From Octopus bimaculoides (Eukaryota), in contig NC_068995.1 of NCBI RefSeq assembly GCF_001194135.2, forward strand, positions 25,790,516 through 25,836,776: DNA of 46,261 nt, read 5' to 3'. A model generated the notes under the pieces. It saw only the letters and a list, made by a program, of their open reading frames with translations, was not told the origin of the DNA and did not search any database. Below, piece after piece: positions 36,721-46,261 of the stretch. Made by a program: the position numbers and the translations under genes. Positions within the stretch are counted from its first letter, which is position 1; every line of letters begins with the position of its first letter.

Positions 36721-38556
36721 AGAAACAGAGGATGCATTCCTGATAAAACTGAGGAAAGGCTTAAAGCGCGACGATAAAAATCAGTTGTTCTTAGGGATGC
36801 AGAAATGAAACCAAAAGATTCACAAAAACACTTGTATGATTGAGTATTGATAAAAACTACACTACTAAAATTTAACAACACGAAACAAGTCCATCAAGAG
36901 AGCATGGTTTTCTGCCTCTCACATACAGCGTAAATTTGGATATTCCAGATCCCAATGGGAGAAATAGCAGGTAGGAAGAACAGTGGGATGTTCTGGTCCA
37001 AATTACTTCTGACTGTGTTCCTTATTTGTTTTTTTTTTTGTTTTTTTTTTAGCTTCCTTTTTTAATTACTTTTTAATTACAATTAAGTTTTATGTAATTA
37101 CTAGAGTACCGGATACGTTAATAATGACGGAGGCTTTACTGAAATATGTACATGAAGAAAGTTGCTTATGAGAGCATGTGGATGTAAATAAAAATGGCAA
37201 AATAACAGGAAAATAAGTAAATTATATTTATCACTCCTCAAATATAGTACAGGTTTGATTACTTTTAATATGTATAATATGTTTAAATCAGGTTTTCAAG
37301 GGACAGCAGGTCTAGTTTATGCAAAAGCTACGTATTTACAACATAATAACACATTCCATGCAAAAGCTACAAAATACACAAGCATTATTCACATTCACTG
37401 CAAAAGTTCCCGAAGAACAATATTTTTCGTTTAGACATGATGAGACACCAACACACCTTAACAATCTTAAATTTCAATCTGTAATTTCAAATTATTTCTG
37501 CTCTTTGTTGACGAGTTATCTAAAGTTAGGCGTTATAGCAAGTCACTGGATTAGTCAATTATTTGGTGGAATTTTTCACTTTTATGTGTATTCTAATCAC
37601 TGTTTTAAGAAAGATTAGTCCACCAAGCTAAGGCTACAGTAATGATGATGAAATCTCTTATAAATGTTGTCACGGCGAATCATCACCATTGTTATCAAGC
37701 ATAATGGGACAAAGATGACAACAGATTCAACTTTCAAATAGCAAAAAAATAAACAGAACAACTATGTAGAAACGCTGTTACTGCGAGTAAGTGGAGGTAT
37801 TGTTGGATAATTTAGAAAAGTTGTTACTCACATTAAGCATCATGAGACAAACAAAACAGCAGAACTAATTTTCAGATACAAAATATAAACAGAACTACTC
37901 CGGTTCGTGTCGAATGATTTAGAAAGTAAATCTTATAAAATGGAACGTATTCAACAGGTTAAAATACTTAAATGTTACTCACAAAAATATATATATATAC
38001 AAAGACACATAGCATATTTTATATATATTGCTCTATTTTGTGTAATAGGTCTATTTAACTTGAAAAGTTTTAACATGTGTTCATATATATTTTAATATCT
38101 CTGCCGTTCAGCTCGTTTTTATAAACCTTTGATTCGTTTATCCCTGCATCTTTTGTAACACCTTTGTATTTGTTGTATTGAATGTATGAAAGGACCCTGG
38201 TGGTAATGATAAATGATAATAATAATAGTAATAATAATAATAATTATTATTATTATTATCAGCAGCAACAGCATCATTATTTCTAATTTAAAAGCAAAGC
38301 CAGCAACTTAGAGTTAACTCGTACTTTATTTTATAGACTCCGGATGATGAATAAATTAGTACTGGAGTCGAAGTATTGATTACTTCCCCACTCCTCAAAG
38401 TTATTGGTTTGGTGCCTAGATTAGAAAGACTTTCTAATGATAAGTACGGGAAATTATTTTTATAGTTTTCGCTTTTAATTTTTCTCGCTTTTTATCACTT
38501 ACACTATTCTTTAACTTTCTCATTCTCTATTTTCCTCTCTCTCTCTCTCTCTCTAG

Positions 38557-38874
38557 AGAAACCACTCCGTCTCTCAGAAGATATAATTCCAGAAGCTGGA
38601 ATGATTATTGTCAACAAAGACGGCGTTGATGGTTTTGTGTGTAACATGAATTGGCAAGACGACAATGCTCATGTTGTATGTAATCAGCTTGGTTATAAAG
38701 GAGGGATTTCACTTCGCTATGAAAGACAGGAAAGCGGTCCACTTTTTATACCAAAGGCTTTCAGATGTACTGGTTATGAGGCAAATTTAGACGAATGCAA
38801 CGTTACCAATGAGGTTTGTGTCTCTGATTTCACAGCTAGTTCTGTTTCCGGCGCATTCTGTTATAATACACAAG
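38557..38874 (+). CDS. SRCR domain 6 (single 318-nt exon, phase 1-1)
   Basis: Acceptor (CT)n-AG, donor GTAACT. EKPLRLSEDIIPEAGMIIVNKDGVDGFVCNMNWQDDNAHVVCNQLGYKGGISLRYERQESGPLFIPKAFRCTGYEANLDECNVTNEVCVSDFTASSVSGAFCYNTQ. Confidence 0.92.
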
Positions 38875-39055
38875 GTAACTCTCTCACTCTTTCCACTATT
38901 TATTATGTACTACTTAATTTTCATATATAATTATTCATTGTCAATTTGATGATATATTCTTTTGGTTATTAGGATGATGGTTAGCACATCTAATATCAGC
39001 GTGTCAATTTTTAACTGTCTGGTGAATCACGTCCACATTTTGCAGAATTTAGTAG

Positions 39056-39057
<2 letters not shown>

Positions 39058-39134
<77 letters not shown>

Positions 39135-39170
39135 TTACTACTATTACTACTACTATTACTACTACTAACA
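39058..39170. repeat. Compound (TAT)n/(TAC)n microsatellite
   Basis: Directly visible; source of the poly-Y/S/N ORFs. Confidence 0.97.
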
Positions 39171-39234
39171 CTACTACTTTTGCTGCTGCTACTATTACAT
39201 ATACTATTATTATTGCTAATAATTGTTTCTGATA

Positions 39235-40060
39235 CAGGCACAAATCCTGAAATTTGGGGGAGAAGTAAGTTGATTAAAATGGACTCCAGTAAACGACTGA
39301 TACTACATTTTAGCGATCCTGGGAGGAGAACAAGAACAAAAGAAAATACTGCAAGTCATTTTTGTCGACACTCTAACGATTCTGCCAATCCACTATCCTT
39401 AATAATTTCTATCATTCTTTGGAAGGAGCATCAATCGTTACCATTGATCGCATACTTAACTGGTACAATATTTTATCGATCATAAAAGCATTAAAGGCAA
39501 AGTTAACCATGACGGAATTTTAACTCAGGACATAAAACGACAGAATAAATACCGAAAGGTATTTTGTCCGATGCTCTAAAGATTTTGCCAACCCATCACA
39601 CTAGAAGGTATTAATAGTTATTTCAAATATAGGCATAAGGAATAGAATCTTGTGGGAGAGGATTAGTCCATTAAACGGGGCCACAGTACTTGACTTGAAG
39701 CTTTATTTTATTGGCTTCAGATGGATGAAAGGAAAATTTGACCTCGCCAGGATTTCAACTAAGAACGTAATTGACGGAGCAAATACCACCTAACATTTTC
39801 TCTGGTGCTACAACGATTCCACCTTGCTCATTGTCTCTAATATAGGTACAAGGCCAGAAATTTGGATGTGGCGATTAGTCGATTACATGGACCTGGTATT
39901 TGAATGGTACACTAATTTATCGACCCAACTGGTATGAAATGCAAATTTATTGACAGTTGTATTTGAACTCGGAACATTAAAATTCAAAACAAACATTACA
40001 AGACATTTTATCCGATGCTCTATCAAGTCTGCTAATTCACCTCTTTGTTATAGTAGATTA
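39235..40060 (-). mobile_element. Cluster of about 3-4 decayed SINE copies
   Basis: Recurrent aggtacaagg.cag.aattt, tcgattac, ttttatcga, atgaaagg.aaa, tttgaactc and ttttgtccgatgctc motifs; same family as 42625-42806. Confidence 0.65.
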
Positions 40061-40968
40061 ATTGAGCAGCCGAGAAAATGCTTCACGGTATTTAGTTACG
40101 TTTCTCTTTTTTTTTTATCCAAATTCAAATAAAACCAAAGTTAGCTTTGCCTTTTATCCTCTATGGTCAATAAAATAAGTTTTATATTCGGATTAATTGA
40201 CTTTCTCTCCTCTCAGGTAGCCTTTTGCTAAAGTTAGGCATTCATTGTTGTATATTATATTTCTGTAGTTCAGTCAGTTAACAGAGTAAATTGTTGGGTC
40301 TATTGGAACTAGATAGTTAAATTATTCTGAAAGTGATGTAAAACGTACTGGATTAAATTTCGACTTTATGGTTTAATATATAACATACAATAGCCATGGT
40401 TAATATTAATCTAATACTAATTATGCTTATTTATATTGTGCTCAAGCGATGAATTAGCAGAATCGTCAGAGCGTCAAACGCCTTATAATAATAAAAACAA
40501 GTCATTGCTTTCAACGCCTAACATTGTGTTTGTTTCGTTATCAAATGCTACTGTTACGAGCCGAAGCACATTACGACCCTCTAAAATCATTTTATGGAGT
40601 TACTGTCCAAACCGAATTTTGATTTTTACCCTAAAATAACAAACTTTTACTCCTGATACAAACGTCAGGAAAATAATAACATTAATGAAACTTCAAAGTG
40701 TTAACCATGTATTGATTATTTCCTTAATTCTCATTTGACTTGTTATAGGTGTTATTTAAATATCTCTATTATTATCTTAGATATATTTAAAACAGATTTG
40801 GATATATTTCGATCACAACACATACAACATAAGATAGTGACATAAACAATTTCACTGATCTCTCACAAGTTGATTTTGATGATTCTTTTTTCTTTTACCT
40901 TTGATAAACAGCTAAGAGTGATGTATATACTCTTAACTGAACGATTTATGCTTTTTTTATATTTGTAG

Positions 40969-41125
40969 CACCGCAATTACGTTTGGGAGGTGGCAATACA
41001 AACTCTGGCTGGGTAGAAGTTGTTGTTGATGGCAAAGTCGGCGTTATATGTGCTACAGAATGGTCTCAAAATAATGCTGAAACAGCTTGTAGACAAATGG
41101 GTTTTTCTGAAGGGAAGTCTAAAAG
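40969..41125 (+). CDS. SRCR domain 7, N-terminal half (exon, phase 1-2)
   Basis: Acceptor tttttttatatttgtAG, donor GTAATG at 41126. APQLRLGGGNTNSGWVEVVVDGKVGVICATEWSQNNAETACRQMGFSEGKSK. Absent from the ORF track. Confidence 0.9.
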
Positions 41126-41505
41126 GTAATGCTTCCAAAGAACGCTCTAATTGCAATTACATAATTAAAAAAGTTTGATCACAATTAGTTTTTTACATAC
41201 TGTTAAATATAAACTTTTTCACAAATATCAAATTACAATGATACTCCTTGATATGATCTATACATTACAACATTTTCATTTAGATATATTTTTAACTTGA
41301 TACGAAGACAAATGTATCCTAAAGAGTAATAATAAATAACAAACCATATCTCATCAGTAGCGCTATTGAATGAATCACAGAATGCAGAACGATGTAAAAG
41401 AATGAAAGATCAGAAAAAGGAAAATAAATGTACAAATGCAATAGATTCTACTCAATACACAGATGAACCTGAAAAGAAATAAAACAAGGATAGTGTGTGT
41501 GTGTT

Positions 41506-41536
<31 letters not shown>

Positions 41537-42624
41537 GGAAAGTAAACATAACTACACCACGGCGGATATTTGATGAAACTGGCCAACAGAGAGTGGGGAA
41601 TAAGGTACCAGTAACCAAACATAGATGTATGATGAGAAATATTGGTGTTTACACTATATTTAAATATATATAAAAAAGAACTGAAATTACTCCACTTCAG
41701 CAATGCTAGTAAAATACATGTGCTTTTCTTACTAGCCAGCAAAGAAAACTGCTATGCTATGAATAGTGCGAGCAGATCGAAACATGAAAACATATATTCG
41801 TTTGAATATAAATAGTATGAGATTTTCTTCTCGTTAAGACATATTTTCTTCCGGACCCAATGAATTAACTGATAATATTATTTTTATGTAATATACTTAC
41901 TTAATGCTGTTAATTATTAATAATATTAATATGGTTTGCTTTTATCCTTTTTATATAGAAATCATACACCCTTCTGCTGATATCGTTAATTAGAAACTTT
42001 TCTCGCTCTTCCGTCTCTGCATAGATGTATTGTAAGAAGGAGAATTAATTGCGAAATGTTTTCTCTACGTTTCTCAAGACCTCACGCACCCCTTCTCTCA
42101 ATCATCCTCCCTCTATTCTACCCGATAAACACATGTTTAAAAGCTAGCCAGTGCTTTGCCGCACCCGATGCATCCCCGCGCCCCAACCCCTTTAACTCTA
42201 TCTCAGAGAAGCCTCTCACGATGTCTTCCCTTAGAAATTTCAGCCTAATTCTGAAAATGCTCCTAAAAGTCCTAATTTTCTTACCCGTAACATTAAAAAA
42301 AATCAAGCGTTTACATCCACATAATACATCCACATATTACATTGACGCTATATTGCATAATTTATGTTATTCTTCTATTGTATATTTTTCTCGCCAACAG
42401 CCATTATATAAGTGCACATGCCAGTTTCTGCATGCATGTCGGTGTTGAGAACCTTATCCCACCCCCTTTTATGACAACCCAGGCAAATAAGACTAACTCT
42501 TACCATGTTTGATATCTTTAATAAAACTAATACGAGCTCTAACTGTAGGGTTAAATAAGTATCTTTAATATTTTGATAATTGTCTCAAACATTTAGTATT
42601 CTTCTAAATTAATATTGGTTTCAA

Positions 42625-42806
42625 ACTTTGGTACAAGGGTAGTAATTTCGGGCAGGAGGTAAGTCGATTACATTGACACCCAGTGACTTATTTTATTGAC
42701 CCCGAAAGGATAAAAAATAAAGTGGACGCCGGTGATATTTGAACTCAAGATGTAAAGCCGCTAAGCTTTTTGCCCAGCGTGCTAAAGATTCAGCGAGCTC
42801 ACCGCC
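42625..42806 (-). mobile_element. tRNA-derived SINE
   Basis: Minus strand begins ggcggtgagctcgctgaatc (A-box-like) and contains gagttcaaat (B-box), then cctttcggggtcaataaaataagt. Confidence 0.75.
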
Positions 42807-43699
42807 TTATTTTTCTAAAATTAATATTAATGTTTATTTGGGGAAAGCGACAGAAAGAATACAGGGAGATTTCCCTGTACCCTTTTCTGATGCTTTTTCG
42901 AAACAGTACTAGTCTTACCGACGGAGACAACCACCAGTCTCACAGGATTCTGTAAATCTTTTAAGGATAATTGTTCAGTATCGATTCATGGGAGAGTGAG
43001 GCACAGTGATGGTAACTCAGCCGAAATTCCTAACGAGTCTGCTCATTGAGGAGAATGATATTGTAGTTTTCTTTCTATATTTTAACATACTGCTAAATAA
43101 AAAGCAAAACTTATTAAACAGAGGTGAATTCAAGAATCAATGAATTTATATTGATAATGTATATATCAGGCTAGAATCACATCCACAACAGTCTGCTAAC
43201 TGTACTACTGTACCGTAGTCGAAAGAAAATATATATGTGAGGGATAAAGTACTGGTGTAGCAACTAACACAGTATAATCTGCTCATTAGTCATGGTCAGC
43301 GACCATCATAGAGATGAGAGCTTGAAAAAATACAAAGGTAGCAGTGTAAACTTAAAGTCGCTATACTCTACTCATATGAGTGAATTATGTCAAACTGAAA
43401 TCAAAGCAAAATACTATGAATGAAATTGAAGCCTCTGATGACTATCTCCCAAAGAGTAGATCTTTTCGCTACAGCAGGTCTGGTCGTAATCCGGATACTA
43501 TTGTGTAAAAAATTAAGTGGAGAAAGAAATCAACAAGATAGCAATAGTGTGTTATTTAAAAAGTAAACCAAAACAGCGAAGATTCTAGAAAAGAATGCTC
43601 GACGTTCGAAATTGTATGGGAGCATTTAAACTCAGTGAACAGTAGCTTGCAGGCCAAATATTGTGTATTAGGAATAGAAAACTACCTCTCTGAACTGAA

Positions 43700-44570
43700 T
43701 TTTGTAGAAATGCAGAGTAAAACCATCATGCAATTAAACAGTTAAGACTCAATATATCAAAATGAGTATGTTGATAAAAACTCTCCAGAGAATCATGAGA
43801 CTGAAACTATGATACCCACCTTGAAGAATACAACGCTTGCGTTTAACAGAAGATCAAGAAGTGGCACACCACAGGAAAAAGAAGTTGTTGTGGGTAGCCT
43901 TGATGAAAATCAACAAAAGGTCCTTGGAAAAGTGAAGCAGCAACTGAATGAACTAGAGGCCCTAGAGTCAGTTTCGAACTAAGATTAATGAACAAACATC
44001 AAGAGTGAACAGAGTGATTGATAAGATTACCTGTGAAAATATGAAAGATACTAACACATTCATATTAGTAGGTGCTAAGGTGCTAATATAGTTGCAGAAT
44101 TATTAGTGAAAAAGAAAGGAGAAAACAAGGACCAGGAGGTACCATGATGGAAAAGGCGAATACCGAAGAAGATATAAATTAGCTGAAAGAGTGAAAGCAA
44201 TTCAAACCTAAAGAAAGAAGAGAAAGGTAGTTTAGAGGAAATGTATGGCGTGAGAAAAATGGGAATAGTGAAATATCGAAGAACTAAAGCAGAGGGTAAA
44301 GGAAAGAGCTGCCAAAATCAAAATATACGACGAAAGAAACAACCAGGTTAAGCATAATCACCGTTTTTAATCAAATAAGAAAAAAACATTTCATATATCT
44401 GAAAGAAATGGGCAGACAGGACTGAATACTGAAGAAATCAAGCTATTTTGAGGGAAAATTTATGGGGAAATGCCAAACGCAATAAGAAGTACAGTGGATA
44501 AAGCAAATAAAATATTATAATGAAGATGTTGAAGCGCAGAAATATCAAATTCCAATGTTACCATTTGATA
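43700..44570 (+). mobile_element. R4/Dong-clade LINE, N-terminal region, heavily decayed
   Basis: Fragments EVP*WKRRIPKKI, LKQRVKERAAKIKIYDERNNQVKHNHRF*SNKKK and EEIKLF*GK match the pre-RT region pattern of R4-type ORFs (PWWKRR; KQR....AAKI.RY......Y.QN..F). Confidence 0.6.
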
Positions 44571-45314
44571 CTCTTTATATTGCTATTCATTACAACATAA
44601 TATATATATATATATATATATANNNNNNNNNNNNNNNNNNNNNNNNNNNNNNNNNNNNNNNNNNNNNNNNNNNNNNNNNNNNNNNNNNNNNNNNNNNNNN
44701 NNNNNNNNNNNNNNNNNNNNNNNNNNNNNNNNNNNNNNNNNNNNNNNNNNNNNNNNNNNNNNNNNNNNNNNNNNNNNNNNNNNNNNNNNNNNNNNNNNNN
44801 NNNNNNNNNNNNNNNNNNNNNNNNNNNNNNNNNNNNNNNNNNNNNNNNNNNNNNNNNNNNNNNNNNNNNNNNNNNNNNNNNNNNNNNNNNNNNNNNNNNN
44901 NNNNNNNNNNNNNNNNNNNNNNNNNNNNNNNNNNNNNNNNNNNNNNNNNNNNNNNNNNNNNNNNNNNNNNNNNNNNNNNNNNNNNNNNNNNNNNNNNNNN
45001 NNNNNNNNNNNNNNNNNNNNNNNNNNNNNNNNNNNNNNNNNNNNNNNNNNNNNNNNNNNNNNNNNNNNNNNNNNNNNNNNNNNNNNNNNNNNNNNNNNNN
45101 NNNNNNNNNNNNNNNNNNNNNNNNNNNNNNNNNNNNNNNNNNNNNNNNNNNNNNNNNNNNNNNNNNNCGTATTGTAACTTGCGATGAAAAGTGGATAGTA
45201 AAAAACGTTCTCCACATTGTTGAAATATATTGATATGAATTTCTTTTTTCAAAACGTTGCTTACTTTTTGAACAGCCTGATATATATATGATATATATAC
45301 ATACATACATATAC

Positions 45315-45348
<34 letters not shown>

Positions 45349-45349
45349 G

Positions 45350-45389
<40 letters not shown>

Positions 45390-45450
45390 TGTATATAAGC
45401 AATAAGAGTGGCTTGTTCGCAATCTTATAACCGAGAGGTAGAACTATATA

Positions 45451-45978
45451 CGTTACTAAAGTGACTGAGGGCATTATTCAGCACCAGTATTGCTAGAAAT
45501 AAGGGCTAAAACAACTCATAGCCACAAGAAGCACTTAATTTAATGACTGACAAGGAAGGCAAGCTCCCTCAGCACTGAGGCAAAGTCAGGTCACAGTCAT
45601 ATCGCATTTATATTTATGCACGTCAGTGACACTCACCTAGCCCTTGGGTTAAACTCAACTTGCCCTGTCAGTTTATAAGATTATCGTTGTAATCATACGC
45701 TGATTTTCAAAACAGTTTAGGAAATCAGTATATGATTTCTACGAGAATCTTATAAACTAATAAGGCGAGTAGAGTTTAACCCAAGGTACTCGGTGAGAGT
45801 CACTGACGAGCAGTAATATAAATGCGAAATCACTGAGATGTTGCTATGCCTAGACGCTGAGGTAACTTGCCTCCCTAGTCATTCATTAAGATAAGTGCTT
45901 CTTAAGGCTATGAGTTGCTTTAACCCTTACTTCTAGCAATACTGGTGCTGACTAATGCCCTCACTCACTTTAGTGACG
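45451..45978. mobile_element. MITE, 528 bp, 132-bp terminal inverted repeats, TA flanks
   Basis: 45451-45582 versus the reverse complement of 45847-45978 aligns ungapped at 113/132 (counted by hand); TATATA on both sides; no ORF. Confidence 0.9.
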
Positions 45979-46004
45979 TATATATATACATATATAAATA
46001 TACA

Positions 46005-46133
46005 CGACGGGCTGCTTTCATTTTCCATCTACCAAATCGACTCACAAGGCTTTAGTCGGCCCGAGGTCATAGCAGGAGACACTTGCCCAAGGAGCCACGC
46101 AGGGGACTGAACGCGGAAGCAAACTTCTTACCA
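46005..46133 (-). mobile_element. tRNA-derived SINE fragment
   Basis: Minus strand: gtggtaagaagtttgcttcc, gttcagtcccct (B-box-like), ccttgggcaagtgtctcc core, tagatggaaa, gcccgtcgt. Confidence 0.75.
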
Positions 46134-46195
46134 CACACACACACACACACACACACATAAATATATATATACATATATTTAGAGAATTAACATTG

Positions 46196-46237
<42 letters not shown>

Positions 46238-46261
46238 AGTAAATAGTGGGGTTGTGTTAAC

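Larger units (their letters stand above)
8749..41125 (+). other. Partial multi-exon gene encoding a multi-SRCR-domain protein (DMBT1/neurotrypsin-like architecture), 6.5 SRCR domains visible
   Basis: Eight exons with canonical AG/GT sites join in frame (phases 1-0, 0-1, five times 1-1, 1-2), 2092 nt, no stop codons. Domains show SRCR hallmarks (RL..G..GRVEV, W..VC, A.VVC..LG[YF], C.G.E..L..C, A.V.C). Start, stop and non-SRCR domains are not visible, so orthology is not assignable. Confidence 0.93.

Noticed and set aside
42118-42333. Minus-strand 71-aa ORF with KGLGRG, faintly like histone H4 or ribosomal protein S11
   Set aside because: Only a 5-6 residue resemblance, motif order wrong, no supporting flanks.
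45795-45845. CTGACGA-GCA...TGC-GAAA hammerhead-like core inside the MITE spacer
   Set aside because: No valid NUH triplet with a matching stem I in type I or type III topology (G at position 17 or 16.1; stem I too short).

Overview
AT-rich, microsatellite-dense animal genomic DNA with many N gaps. The repeat content resembles Octopus/coleoid cephalopod DNA (inference; not verifiable from the window). The only host gene found is a + strand multi-SRCR (scavenger receptor cysteine-rich; DMBT1/neurotrypsin-like architecture) gene. Eight GT-AG exons (8749-8903, 17019-17184, 18697-19026, 31045-31353, 32412-32729, 33944-34282, 38557-38874, 40969-41125) splice in frame without stops (2092 nt) and encode 6.5 divergent SRCR domains; both gene ends lie outside the visible sequence. 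The introns hold decayed mobile elements: Penelope-like fragments with a hammerhead-ribozyme-like motif, HERO-like and R4/Dong-like RLE LINEs, an RTE fragment, a DD37D (maT) transposon, tRNA-derived SINEs and a MITE with 132-bp TIRs. The most striking structure is a Tc1 transposon with intact TIRs and TA flanks (21242-28925). Just upstream of its transposase ATG it is interrupted by two head-to-tail L1/Tx1-type retroelements (one ORF1+ORF2, one ORF1-only) whose junctions share a 17-22 bp motif, suggesting possible retrotransposon targeting of a DNA transposon. All calls were made by eye; no database searches were run.
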